A stretch of DNA of 62,865 bases, the filler included, from Bigelowiella natans CCMP2755 (lineage: Eukaryota > Protista > Cercozoa), in the NCBI GenBank assembly GCA_000320545.1. It is 9 parts of 9 records of this genome, joined end to end, with 100 filler letters (N's around TTAATTAATTAA, not from the genome) between each part and the next. Parts side by side here need not be neighbours in the genome. Positions count along the whole stretch, not along the records: positions 1 to 15,133 come from ADNK01002303.1; 8 more parts are not named here. The stretch is one strand, 5' to 3'. The notes beneath the pieces are model-generated. The model searched no databases. It was not told the DNA's origin and saw only the letters and a list, made by a program, of their open reading frames with translations. Within the stretch, counting starts at the first letter, position 1, and the number at the start of each line of letters is the position of its first letter. Positions 1 through 12,614 of the stretch are shown one piece after another. A program made the position numbers and the translations under genes.

Positions 1-315
1 AAACAAAGGGATCAGACACCCCCCCCGACAGAGTCTGGGCGTGAGAGCATTAGGTTGGTCCGGGGGGGTGTGTGTGCTGTTTTTTTAGCTCGTGAGAGAG
101 GGAGGGGGGGGGGGGTGTTGGTGTGAGAGAAAGTCTCTCCCCCCCCCCCCTTCCCCACTAGATGCTCCTACCCATCTATTCATACACGCTGTCTAATGTA
201 CGAGTGAACACAAGAACTCGCAGGATAGGAAACATAGATCAAGTGAGTGCGCTGGGATACATCACGCATTCTAAATAGGCCAATATACATTTGTGCTTGA
301 TAACATAATGAATAT

Positions 316-352
<37 letters not shown>

Positions 353-487
353 CAGTGTCCCCCCCCCATTATCCTTCCATCTTCGTTCGTCGTCATCACC
401 CATTTCCCTCACAACGACCTCCCCGTCATACCCGAAACTCCTCCCACATATCCTCGCCCCCCCGATGGCGGCATACATGCGCCTCAG

Positions 488-676
488 GTACTACAAACGC
501 GCTCTGGAAATCGATCCCACCTTTGAGGTGGCGCGCAACAACATCGTTATTGCGTACACCGATCTCGGCACGAGGCGGAAGAATGAGAACGACATCGAGG
601 CCGGCATCAGCTGGTATAAGAGAGCGCTGACGTACAATCCGAAATATTCCGATGCGTGGTACAATCTTGGAGGTAA

Positions 677-715
<39 letters not shown>

Positions 716-3151
716 CAGTTGGCGGCCTGATATGCTTGTGCCTGCCTGGGTGTGCGCATGTGTGTTTGTGGGCATGAGATGATCACAACCACGGCGGCGA
801 CGACGATGATGATGACGATGATGATGATGATGATGGTGGTGGGAGACTCCTTTCTAAGAAAGTTGGTGTTCTTGCGGTAACAAAGACATTACGTATGGTA
901 TGGCGGTGGTGGTTTGTGGGAAAAGATTATACATCAATGTAATATGCACAGAGACGCACATCAGCGTCCACCCTCAACCATCTTAAGCCGGCCTTCTCAC
1001 CCTTCCCCCCCCCCCCACCCTCCATTTCCCCCCCCCTACAGTCGCCTGCGCGGCCAATGGACAGCCAGAGGAGGCAGTCGTTCACTACGAGATCGCTGCG
1101 ACGTTCAATCCCGAGTGTGCAGAGGGGTATAACAACCAGGGCGTGATCTACAAGGAAATGGGAAACCTTCAACGCTCCATTGCATGCTACCAGAAGGCGC
1201 TCGCAATCAACCCCAATTTCGCTCTCACGCTTAACAACTGGGCGGTGATCTACACGTCTCTTGGGAAGCTTCACGAGGCCTACAAGTGTGTTTCCCCCCC
1301 CCCCCCTCCCCCTCCCCTCGAGGGCGGGTCCATCGCCGACATGATGATAACAGATTTCGCACATTCCGCTAGATAGCACTTTCCCTTGAGACAAAGCAAT
1401 CAAATCGCAAATTCGTGAAACCACAGCATCACCCCCACCCCTGTCCCCCCCCCCCCCCCCTTTCCCGTTTTCCCGTCACTGATTGATGGCTCTCTCCCTC
1501 CTTGGTCAGGTACTGCGTGCGCGCGGTACAGGCAAATCCCGCTTACGCGGAGGCCTACAACAACCTGGGTGTGATGTTCCGCGACGAGGGAGATATCAAG
1601 CAGGTAGTACAGTACAGTAAAGTACAGTACAGTACGTGGATATTCGACAACGACGACGCAACACGCTACACGCACCAATCATGCATTCTTCCGTCTTTCT
1701 CTCTCTCTCCCTCTCTCTCTTTCTTTCTTTGTCCCTTTTCTTTCTCATCGCCCCCTCTCTTTTCCGCCTCCTCGCCTCGCCCTCCGAAGTAATCCAGCTT
1801 CTTTTACCGCTTGCGCCCTCCTCCCCCCCTCTCCTTGTTACCTACTGCACAGGCCATTGCGAGCTACGACCACAGCCTGGAAGCTGACCCCAACTCAAAC
1901 AACGCAGGGCAAAACCGCTTGTTAGCGATGAACTCCCTCACCAAGGAGCACCTCAGCGTCGAATTGCAGCAGAAGCTCCTGCTGAAGAGGGGGGGGGGGA
2001 CGAGGAGGAGGAGGAGGGGAAAGGGGAAGGAGAAGAAAGCTAGGGGAGGAGGGGAGGGAGGCAGTAGTAATATCAACAAAGGCAAGGATACTTCTACTAA
2101 TGGCTGCTCTGAGGAGGAGGAAAGGGAGGGGGAGGAAAAAATGATTGTGAGCGTAATGAAATACGTCTTTTACGAACATCGACGCTGGGGAGAGCGCTTT
2201 CAAGCACGGTACTAGTAGCAGCTCCGCCAGTAATAGTAGCATTAGTCGCAGAGGCAATGATAGTAGTAGTAGTAGTAGTAATCGTAATAAAGGTGATAGT
2301 AATAGTAGCAGCAGTAGTAGAGTATAAGAGCAATAGTACATCGAGTAGTGCCACCATCAGCTTATTGCGCCCGCCCTCCTCCGCCGTTCTTCCCCCCCCT
2401 CCTCCTCCTCCTCCTTCTCCTCCTCCTTAAAGGTATAAGCCGTACACTAGCTGGCCTAACAGCCTGGTGAGCGCTTCCCCCACGCCGCCCTCTTCCAGCA
2501 GCAGCAGCAGCAGGCCCCTCCGCATCGGGTACATATCCGCCGACTTTTTCACACACTCCGTCTCATATTTCATCGAGCTGCCCCTCAAGCTGCGAGACGG
2601 GGCGCGCGTTTTCAACGTGTGCTACTCGAACGTGGCGCGCCCGGACGCGAGGACGGCTTCCTTCAGGGGATATGCCGATAAGTGGGTGAACGTCCACGGG
2701 AAGGACGCGAAGGACGTCGCCCAGCAGATCCGGTAGGCGACTCGTTGATTCATAGTGGTGGTGGTTATCGTTGTTCAAGAAGCGGTTAGTAGTAGTAGTA
2801 GTAGTAGTACTAGTAGTAGTACTAGTAGTAATAGAAGGAGGAGGAGGAGGATGTGATTACGTGCTTTGAACGCAGATATGTGCCTTTGCAAACCCCTTGT
2901 CCCATCTACTTACGTCGTCGTCGTCGTCGTCGTCAGTGCGAGGATGATGATGCTGATGATGATTATCCTCAGGTCGGATCGCATTGACATTTTGGTTGAG
3001 CTGACGGGCCATACGGCGGGGAACCGCCTCGATGTGATGGCGCTCAAGCCAGCACCCGTGCAAGTCACGTGGATCGGGTGGATAAACAACAACCGAACAG
3101 CAATCATGAACTAGAGGAAGACGACGATGATATATACGAACACGCACGTAC

Positions 3152-3214
<63 letters not shown>

Positions 3215-3670
3215 GGCGGTGAGATGTTGCTCTTCTGAGGCTACGCGAGACCCAAAACCGGGAATCATCATCACTTGCCATTTGCGGCAAATCTTTCCGA
3301 AAGCAACCACGATCGACAAATCCCTTCGGTTAGATATTCATCCCCCCCCCCCCCCCCCCTGCTTATTGCAATCTCCATCAGATACCCGAACACAACAGGG
3401 CTGCGGACCATCGACTACAGGTTCTGCGATGCGAAAGTAGATCCAGAGGACACGGAGCAGACGTTCACTGAAACGCTCGTGCGGTTGCCGAACACTTTCC
3501 TTTGCTACTCCCCTCCGAAAGAGGCCCCCGACCCATCCAAAACCACCCCGGCGCTGAACAACGGCTTCGTGACGTTCGGCTCCTTCAACAACTTCGCCAA
3601 GTTTAACGATCAGGTACCACTGTGCTTACTACTACCTATATTTGTGTGTGTGCGCGCGCGCGCGCGCACA

Positions 3671-3708
<38 letters not shown>

Positions 3709-3960
3709 TTACATAGTATGTTGTGTGACTGTGTGTGAGTGTGTACGCTTATTCACTCGGTTTCGTTGATTGCGCCGCTTCCAGGTGCTGCAGTTGTGGT
3801 CTCGTATCCTCAAGCAAGTCCCCGGCTCAAGGCTGCTGATGAAGTGCAAACCCTTTGCATGCGCTCACATGCGGGCAAAAGTGCTACGCCGATTCGAATT
3901 GGCAGGGATTAAGAAAAGGTGGTGACAGAGAGGCCGTAGAGGCGGGGGGGAGAGAGTGAT

Positions 3961-3998
<38 letters not shown>

Positions 3999-4037
3999 AT
4001 TACATGGATGTCCTGCCTGCATTTCCAATGCAATACA

Positions 4038-4119
<82 letters not shown>

Positions 4120-4171
4120 TATATACTTCATTATTTATACATATATACTGCAGTTAAATACCTATTCTGAT

Positions 4172-4238
<67 letters not shown>

Positions 4239-4552
4239 ATCGATGATACGTATTACGTCGTCAGCCGCATCGATCTCTTCCCTCTGTTCCCAAGCACCCG
4301 AGAGCACCTCACGTTGTACTCGATGGTGGACATTAGCATTGACACCTTCCCGTACGCCGGAACCACCACCACGTGCGAGGCAATGTAATATGATGAGCCA
4401 GTAAAACTACTAGCAGCAGCACCAGCAACAACGCGGCGCCGTGTTCCCCAGCTGCCGAATGCACGTTCGATAGTAGAAACCTGCTACTATGACTTGCGAT
4501 GAGGGAGCGTGTGTTTGCTGCTCTTTTTCACGGCCATACTTCGTAGAAAAGG

Positions 4553-4597
<45 letters not shown>

Positions 4598-5403
4598 AGT
4601 GGTGAATGGTTCTAGTATGAGCATGGGTGGTGAGTGACGCTGCTGTCTGTCTCTTCTGGTAAGCTTTACCACTCCTTGCAAGTAGCTACACGTAATAAAC
4701 GCACCGCATCATCATCATAATCATCGTCGTCATCGTCGTCATCGCCATCGTCATCATTACACTAAAAGGTATATGGGCGTTCCCGTCATCACACTGAGGG
4801 CCCAGGATGAGGACAACCATGCACACAATGTAGGCTGCTCCCTCCTCGCCAACATCGAGCTTCTAAAGCCCCTCATTACCGACACTCCGGACGAGTAAGC
4901 TGATATTACATAAATAAATTATATGGAACTATTATAAGTGTATGTGTATATATACACACATATGACCAGGACTACACATATCAAAACACCCCCCCCCTCA
5001 CACACAATACACAAACACCCATAGGGCTGCCATTATTCGTTCCTCTCCCTTTTTCTCCCCCTCCTCCCGCTCCTCTCCCCTTAGATACGTCACAGCAGCA
5101 GTGCGGCTAGCCGGGGACATGAAGCGCTTGGACAAGATCAGGAAGAGACTACGCTCGGAAATGCTCAAATCGCCCCTCTGTGATGGGGGGACCTTCGTTC
5201 GCAACCTCGAGGACGTTTACGACGATCTTTGGGCTAAATACAGTAAGAAAAAGCTCGGAAAATCGTCGGGGGGTACGGCGGGGCCAGAAACGATACTAAC
5301 GCCGAGAGCGCAGCAGCAGCACGAGCAGCCGTGTGGGGAGGCAATGGTAGTGGAGGAGGGGAAGAAGGATAATGGCCGCAGTAGTAACACCGGCGTTGCA
5401 TAA
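488..5403 (+). CDS. SPY: SPINDLY-like TPR-containing O-fucosyltransferase/OGT-family (GT41) protein, multi-exon, 5' end outside window
   Basis: Spliced exons (approx. 488-672, 1042-1285, 1510-1603, 1853-2208, 2433-2732, 2973-3077, 3380-3613, 3785-3918, 4265-4385, 4769-4894, 5085-5403) give TPR repeats ([21 protein letters not shown]). These are followed by SPY-type catalytic motifs [90 protein letters not shown] and SPLCDG. A possible micro-exon lies at 224-242. Confidence 0.93.
3955..4240. repeat. Compound (CA)n/(TA)n microsatellites in an intron, representative of dozens across the window ((TA)n, (CA)n, (GA)n, (CAT)n, (TAG)n, poly-C/G)
   Basis: Directly visible; most introns carry one or more such tracts. 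Confidence 0.95.
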
Positions 5404-5959
5404 TAATGGGAACGGACACTGAGAATCTATCCGAAGTGGGAGGAGCCGATCAAAGCTCAAAAATGGCAATTCTTTGCACCCCTAACCCCCCCCCCCCTTC
5501 CCCCCCTAGCTAGCTAGCCCTCCGCCCTTCATATTGCGCGCAGAAGTTGGGAGGGGGTTGAGGAAAAACTTGCGTTCATGATCATTTTTCCTTCAAGGCA
5601 GATATTAGATAGTGACCCTGTACAGAACCAGAGATTGTAAAAATGAATGAATGCATCGGAATGTTATAAGTGCGTGCATGTTGTCATGGTGCACAATCCA
5701 AAACATTCATCATTACAAATGGTGCAGTTACTCTTACTGCTGACTTAATCAAAGAAACTTAGTCTAATGCTGTAGCAATGGTAAGCATGTAAGTACGTAA
5801 CCGTGAATGATGAGAATAGCAGTTTGCTCCCGCAAGCACACCACGCGGGCGATCTCCATTGAGGGTGCAGCAGTGCAGCAGCAGCCGCTGCTTGTGGGCT
5901 ACACGATGCCCCACATTTCATTTCCCTACTACCGGCGGTAGCAAAAATTGCGGAAATAC

Positions 5960-6282
5960 GCAATGTGAAAATTTGCCTACTTGCGACCTACTGCTCAACT
6001 AAATTGCTAGAATGACATGGTGAAAATCACAGGCACATCACATGTCTTTGTCAAAAACAATCTTGGTTGAAAATGACATCAAGTCAAAAGGAAGGCTTTT
6101 GTTTTCGCAGGACGTGCAGGCTAGCAGGGTGCAGGTGCACTTCCAGAACTACTTCTGAAAGTTCTCATCATCCCAGAGCAAGCGAGTGCTCACCATTGAT
6201 GTTTTTCGATGAAAGTTTGGCTGAATCTTGTCTGGATCCGCTCGCGATCTGTTTGAGAAAGTGAGTGGCAAAAGCGCTGCTG

Positions 6283-6314
<32 letters not shown>

Positions 6315-6810
6315 TTGCACATGCACCCTCACCGAACCACAGGTTGACAGGAGCGTGCACCACTAGTGTGTTGCACACCACGTGCACGCACTGCTGAGCT
6401 GCTGAGCACGACGTGTGCATTCGAACGTTGCAGCAGCAAAAGTTCCCAAGACGCATTTGCCACGTGGTGCGACTGCTAGACTAGGCGCACAACCATGAAG
6501 CTGAGCGATTGGATCATGGCATTGCAGATGGCGATGGACAGGTGCATGCAGGACTGTGAAAGGCAGGAACGATTGCTCGGGGATGCAATCGAAAGCCCAA
6601 GCGATGAAATCGACCAGAACAATGAACAATGATGATGAACTAGATCTACATTTCCAGACCTGCAGCAAAATTACACTGAGGAAAAACGACTACTGCGACA
6701 ACGAGGACGACTGCAACAATGAACAAATCGCCCTAGTTCTTTCCTGCTGAACACGCTTGGCATTGCCATTCGGCATTGACCGTCATTGGCGGTCTTCAAC
6801 GGAGAGCTAC
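5960..6810. other. TpA-depleted intergenic block (putative hypermutated repeat/relic)
   Basis: By hand count, 15 TA dinucleotides in about 850 bp, 14 of them in CTA context. Rich in TGCA/CAC/GTG. Confidence 0.75.
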
Positions 6811-6859
6811 ATGTACTCGTAGACCAGCTCTTACGTTAAAACGTTTCATACGGTTCGTG

Positions 6860-9800
6860 ATGCCGCAGGTGCCGGCCATGACGGCCATGACGGCCATGAC
6901 GGCCATGGTGCTCCTTGCTACCCCCTCCCTCCTGCCTACGGTTGCTAAGGCTACAGTGCTAGCTCAAACCCAAATCGTGACGAAGTTGGACTGGCTCACG
7001 CGCTGGCGGACTCACCTGCTCAGCATGGAGACCGCCTACGACACCAACATCTTAGCATACACTTACAACAACGATAACGCGTGTAGGGCTACGGCTACGG
7101 CGTGGATTTCCAACCGAACAGCGATTGGCTGTCAGGGTAACTCATCGTACCCCTGCAGCGGAATCAATTCTAGCCCTTGCTGCAATGATAACTCATGGAT
7201 CCACGACGCTGACTACAACAAGTGCAAACAAGTGTCCAACAGTCAGGAATGCTGCCCCTACTGCCTGAGCACATCCGACGCACGCTATAACTACCACTGT
7301 GTCATCAGCCCCCAATCTGTGAGTGTCACCGTGTGTTACACCAAATACAACGACCCGCCGGCCGTACCCCTGCCGGCCAACTATAGGTGTTCAACGTCCC
7401 CCGACCATACGATCAACGGCAATGTCAAGAAGAACGATTCCACGGACGTGGAAGGGCCTGGACCGACGTGCGATTTCATGATCAACGACTTCGAGAGCGG
7501 CCGGGACGTCAACAGCTTTGTAAACTTGGGCAACGAGTACAGCAACTCCTCGTTCCCATACGGACAGATGGATCAAGGTCTGCTGCTAATGCACAGAGCT
7601 GCAGTAGCCAACGGATCGATGACGTTTACGAGTGGGGTTAACTGTGCAGTGATGACGTCACCGAAGCTCAACGGGGGTTTGGACGCAACTCTTAAACCAA
7701 CCTCTGAATTCCACTTGGTAGGTAGAAAATGTAGATAGTGATTAGGTGAACGGGCAATTTACATTGTCTACACCACTCTGATGGTGTGCATCGTATCATT
7801 CTCGATGTATGTTCCTCCAGTTTGTGCTGTTTTGTTATTGTGTTATAACATCTGTTGTGTTGGTATGTTAGATGGATCCCATCGTGTACGCCAATCACCG
7901 AAAAGTAAAGTTTGCAGGGGGGAAGAGGATTCTGGTGGGGGGAGGGCGCAACGAGGGGACGATCGAATTTTCTAACAACGTCAGCGTGTCAGTGTTCTTG
8001 TTCACTAACATGGGATCTGTAGGTAGTGTTCCACACACATTTCCACACCCCCCCCCCTCCCCACCCTCCCTCATGCAACCAGACGTCAGCTAACATAGGT
8101 AGATTCACGTCGCAGCCAACGTCGTCTTTTTTCCCCCATTGAGTGTGGCGTGACCGAGTGAATATAAATAACAACGAATAAAGTCTCCGACAAAAATACA
8201 AATTTAGACTTCTACAACTGCTCAAATACGAATCTCATTGCAAACATGACCAACAACGCGACGGTGAACTTCGCCAATTCTTCGGCGACCGTTTCGCAAG
8301 TTACGAATTCGGGAACCATCGCCTTCGACCACGGTAAGGCCGACATTTAGAAACTTTTGTATGATAGATGCATAGGTGTTCTTGACTTCAAGAAATCTAG
8401 CTCCGACTCTTAATTCATCCACATCCTGAAAGGTTCTCATGGAATCTACGACACTGCAAATACGGGCGACATCAGTTTCGACAATCCTGATATAACGCTG
8501 AAGACAGTCTGTGACATTACATCACCACCCTTTCGCATGCCACAACACACCTACAACACACCATTCCCACGCATCTAGAATCTTCAGAACGACATCTCGT
8601 CATCCTTCCATGTTCCACGTCCCCCCGCCCCCCACCGAGACTCTACATCCTAACCTTCACCCAAATCCCTGCCCCCGCCTGGTTCCCCATCCTCTTTCCA
8701 TCCAGGTCACGAATCAAGGATCTATCCAAATGCGCGGGGGCGCTTACAACCTCGACAATGTCATAAACTCCGGGTCCATCTCTATGTCAAGAGGCACGTA
8801 TGACCTCTTCACCCTGCGCAACTCCGGCAACGTCTCGGTTAACGACGCCTCGCGCTTTTATGTCTCGACCACCATCAACAAGCGCACGTTCATCAACCTC
8901 ACCACGCCGGGGAATGTAACCGTTGACGGGACGAAGAACTCCGGAATCGTCCAATTCTACGACTCGCAGCACCTCATCGTCACGAACACCGACAACCTGG
9001 TGGATGGGATTGTCAAGTTTACCGGCGTGTCGGGGTCGTTTTATAACCTGTCGAACGAGGGCTTGGTCGTGCTATCTTCCGGCCACATCACCGCGGATAC
9101 TATCTACAACTCGGGGGTTATCCTCATTAAGAAGGAGGTCAGCGGGTCGCTGAAGGTTGTGTGTAACGACGGGAATATCACTATTGAGAACGGCATTGTC
9201 GGGGCTTTTCTGATTCTGCCTACTGGGATCACGGGGGTGACTGTACCAGCAGGTCCGCCCTCTCCTCTCTTGGATTTGTTTTTTATTTAATTTTATTTTC
9301 GTCGTCCAAAAATGAAAAAAAAAAAATTAAAAAAATAAGTACGTGAATAAAGTCCCAAAGCTCGTTTCACCCCCCTCGAAGCCTCCATCCCCAACCAACT
9401 CCTTACCATAGCCCTCGTCCCAATTCTAACCCTACCAGGCGTTCCAGTGACCTATTACACACCTCCACCAGGAGAGTGCGACAACTCAAGAAGAGGAATC
9501 ACGGCTACCTTCCCTACCACAAGCTACTCAAGCCTCAGCACACAAAACCAAAATCGGTTCCAGACTGAGTTCAAGGCATCGATTAACAGGGCGACAGACA
9601 CGCCGTTGGACCTAATCGAGATTGTCAGTGTTGCCGATGGATCGATCAAGGTAAATGCGTTCGTCACACGGCCGTCGCGACAGCAGGGGGTTGCCTTCCT
9701 CGACACGGTGAGTCTAACGATTTCCAAACAAGAACAGCAATGCTAACAATGATCATAATGATAATAGATTTTTAGGATCATAGTTACATGCCGTCATGGC

Positions 9801-10245
9801 ATTTGTTCTTGACAAGAAAATAAAAACAACAACAAATACGAACACAACAACATTAAAGGTCACGGTCGCCCCCGAACTGATCTTCAGCGAAGAATACGGC
9901 TTCAGCGTCGACGAGTTTGGAACTCCCACCGTAACTAGCGACACGAGCTTCTCGGTGCAGATCAATACCGTCACTCATGAAGACGTAGTGGAGGACGCCT
10001 TTGACCCGTCGGAAAATGACGTCGCACTTTTCATCGTAGTGCTTTACACGACGACCATCGTTTGCTGTGCTGTCGCGCTGGTGATCGATGGAATTTGTGT
10101 TGCGGTTGCGATGAGGAGGAAGGAGGAGACTAGATTTTGGAGGGGTGCGTTGTCATTTCTTCGATCTCTGGATAGTTTCATTCGCATTCTATCAATCAAA
10201 ATCTCACTCTATATGCACATGTGACGTAGGTAGATGCACAAATGA

Positions 10246-10289
<44 letters not shown>

Positions 10290-10541
10290 CATATGTATAA
10301 ACTACATGTATGTGTAACGTGACGAATAATTCGATGTGCTAGGGATGAATCGCACCACGATGTTGCGCGGAGATACGAGGAGTTGCGCGAATCTCAAAGA
10401 ATTGGTACAAATAGATTATATGCAGCAGTCCTTATTTCTTCTCCGAGGGGGGGTGTTGAGGAAGGGGTTTCACTTTCTTCTCGAACGCATTAGTGTTGCT
10501 CACACACGGAGCCGTGGATACGCATTCCAAACACCCAAACA

Positions 10542-10622
<81 letters not shown>

Positions 10623-10835
10623 CAAATACACAAACTCACAATAAATTAGAGCATCTGGTCCCTCCGTCGACGTCATCCCTGGCTCATCGCATGCCGACCC
10701 AAAGGCGACTTCCTAGACTCCACCAAACGCGTCCTTGTCCTCCTCATCGCCATCATCAATCTCGCCACCATTACCTTCCTCCTTCTCGGCACCGAACAGA
10801 AGTTACCAGGGCTCGAGGGTGAGGTAATCTCTCAT

Positions 10836-10873
<38 letters not shown>

Positions 10874-11875
10874 ATTATTAGTGTATTCGTATAGAAGTAG
10901 TCATCATCCTCATCATCATCATGATTATCACCATCATTGTCCTCATTATCGTTACCATCACATCATCATCACCGTCACAGGCGTCCGCAGCAATCGTAGC
11001 CTGCATCGTCGGCTACCCCATCCCGTTCGTCTTCTCGCAATTTTTCGGTCGAAAATCTCCGAAAGAATTCTCCGTCAAGCACGATCATGGCGAGGGCCTT
11101 TATGCAGAGTTGATCAGATGGGTAGTAGCCCTGAACCCTAACCCTAGTCCTGAACCTAACCATAACCCTAACCTTAACCTCTAGGTACTGTTCTTCTGTC
11201 CCATATGCATCGCTTCTCACCTGGAGCTCAACTTTGAAGAAGGCGCGGACGATCTGGAGGGGGAGGCAAGCATCAGCGCTTTTGACGACGGAAACCCCGG
11301 CGCCATGGGCCCGGGGTCTGACCAGGATCACAAAATCGAAAGGCGCACCGTTGTTCCAGTTCATTTCACATGGGCAAGCGAAAGCCGAGGGACGATAAAA
11401 GAACCATTCGTCGTCAACGTCGATGACAAGGGACAGAAAAACGACGGTATTGCCGAGGAAGACGCAGAAGACAACAACTTCAACTGGACCACGCACGATA
11501 ATCTCGGCGTCGGTGTTACTGTACTCATCGCGCTTGGGTGCGCCATGCTCATGTGCATGATCTCCTGGAAGAACGAAGAGGAGCGTGCCGAGGCTCTCTC
11601 TGGGATCTTCATCGCTCTCGCACAGGACGCCTTTCTGCGGCTTGTAACGACATTTGGCGTTGAAATGCTTTTCGTTGCACCTTTGACGTGCTGTCTCTGC
11701 TGTAGCTCTTCCTCCTCGGCTCCCAAATCGTCTCCGGATTCCAAAGATGGTCCTTCGAGAGTAGGCATGAAGGAGCTGGTCGCTCTAAATGAGACAATTA
11801 TGGTGACGGTGCCTGCGGATGAGCCTTCGTTTTGTGTGAAGTTGAAGACGCTGGAGGTGGATAGTGTAGAGGTGA

Positions 11876-11925
<50 letters not shown>

Positions 11926-11981
11926 TCATATACGTGTATTTCAGTACATGGAAATACACACACACACACACACACACACAC

Positions 11982-12021
<40 letters not shown>

Positions 12022-12534
12022 CTGTATATTATATGTGCCTATACACACATAGATTTATAATATGCAAGAGTGCATACTTTGCGAGGTGTTCGAAGAGAGG
12101 GGACAATAATAAGATTGATGAGTGTAAAACCTAATACTTGGAAACTATGATAATAACAACAGCCCCTCGGCCACTCACAAGGCATCCGCCAGGGCATGCG
12201 TGTTATCTCCATTAACAATACACACACCGTCGACGCCAAATCCTTCTTGCGTACTCTCAAATACGCTCACGCAACTGGGGATGTACTGTGCTTCGAACTC
12301 ACCTCCAAAAACATCGGCGGCAGCGGCAAAGCGGCGCTTGGTGTCTCATCGCCCCTCAACTCGTCCGTAATCAACAACCACAAGACACAACGGGATTCAG
12401 AGGCCACTGCGACGCTGCTTCCTGGGTCAGAGCTCAAGGTTTCTTCCGCTATTTCAACAGGCGACAAGCTGGTTTCCAGCAGCATCAACGACAGCAGGAC
12501 AGAGCCGAGACTGCCCGGCCAGCCAGACGTTTAA
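6860..12534 (+). CDS. Large multi-exon membrane protein: signal peptide, Cys-rich N-terminal domain, Asn/Gly-rich beta-solenoid-like repeats, several TM helices, possible C-terminal PDZ-like domain
   Basis: Hydrophobic leader (MVLLATPSLLPTVAKA). Long exon 6860-7717 is Cys-rich. Exons approx. 7872-7979, 8207-8334, 8433-8505, 8707-9252 carry repeated 'N.G.I' units (VTNQGSI, VINSGSI, LRNSGNV, IYNSGVI). TM segments in exons approx. 9859-10144, 10650-10818, 10981-11121, 11185-11872. Last exon approx. 12163-12534 reads GIRQGMRVISINN. Confidence 0.7.
11129..11181 (+). repeat. Degenerate telomere-like (CCCTAA)n array filling a small intron
   Basis: ccctgaaccctaaccctagtcctgaacctaaccataaccctaaccttaacct lies between a GT donor (about 11122) and an AG acceptor (about 11184). 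Confidence 0.7.
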
Positions 12535-12614
12535 GACACCCATCTAGACTGTTCCCCTGCCCTTGTTTCGCTAGAGCCGATCATCTAGATCATGCAATTA
12601 CGCACATCTAGTAG

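Noticed and set aside
239-800. Many ORFs with poly-YI, HT, CV, RE, SL or poly-L/S/H runs throughout the ORF track
   Set aside because: These are translations of intronic microsatellites or antisense frames of real exons, not proteins.
6860-9250. General coding-sequence TpA avoidance as the cause of the depleted blocks
   Set aside because: True exons in this window contain many TAC/TAT codons and GTA/TTA words, so they do not show the CTA/TAG-only pattern.
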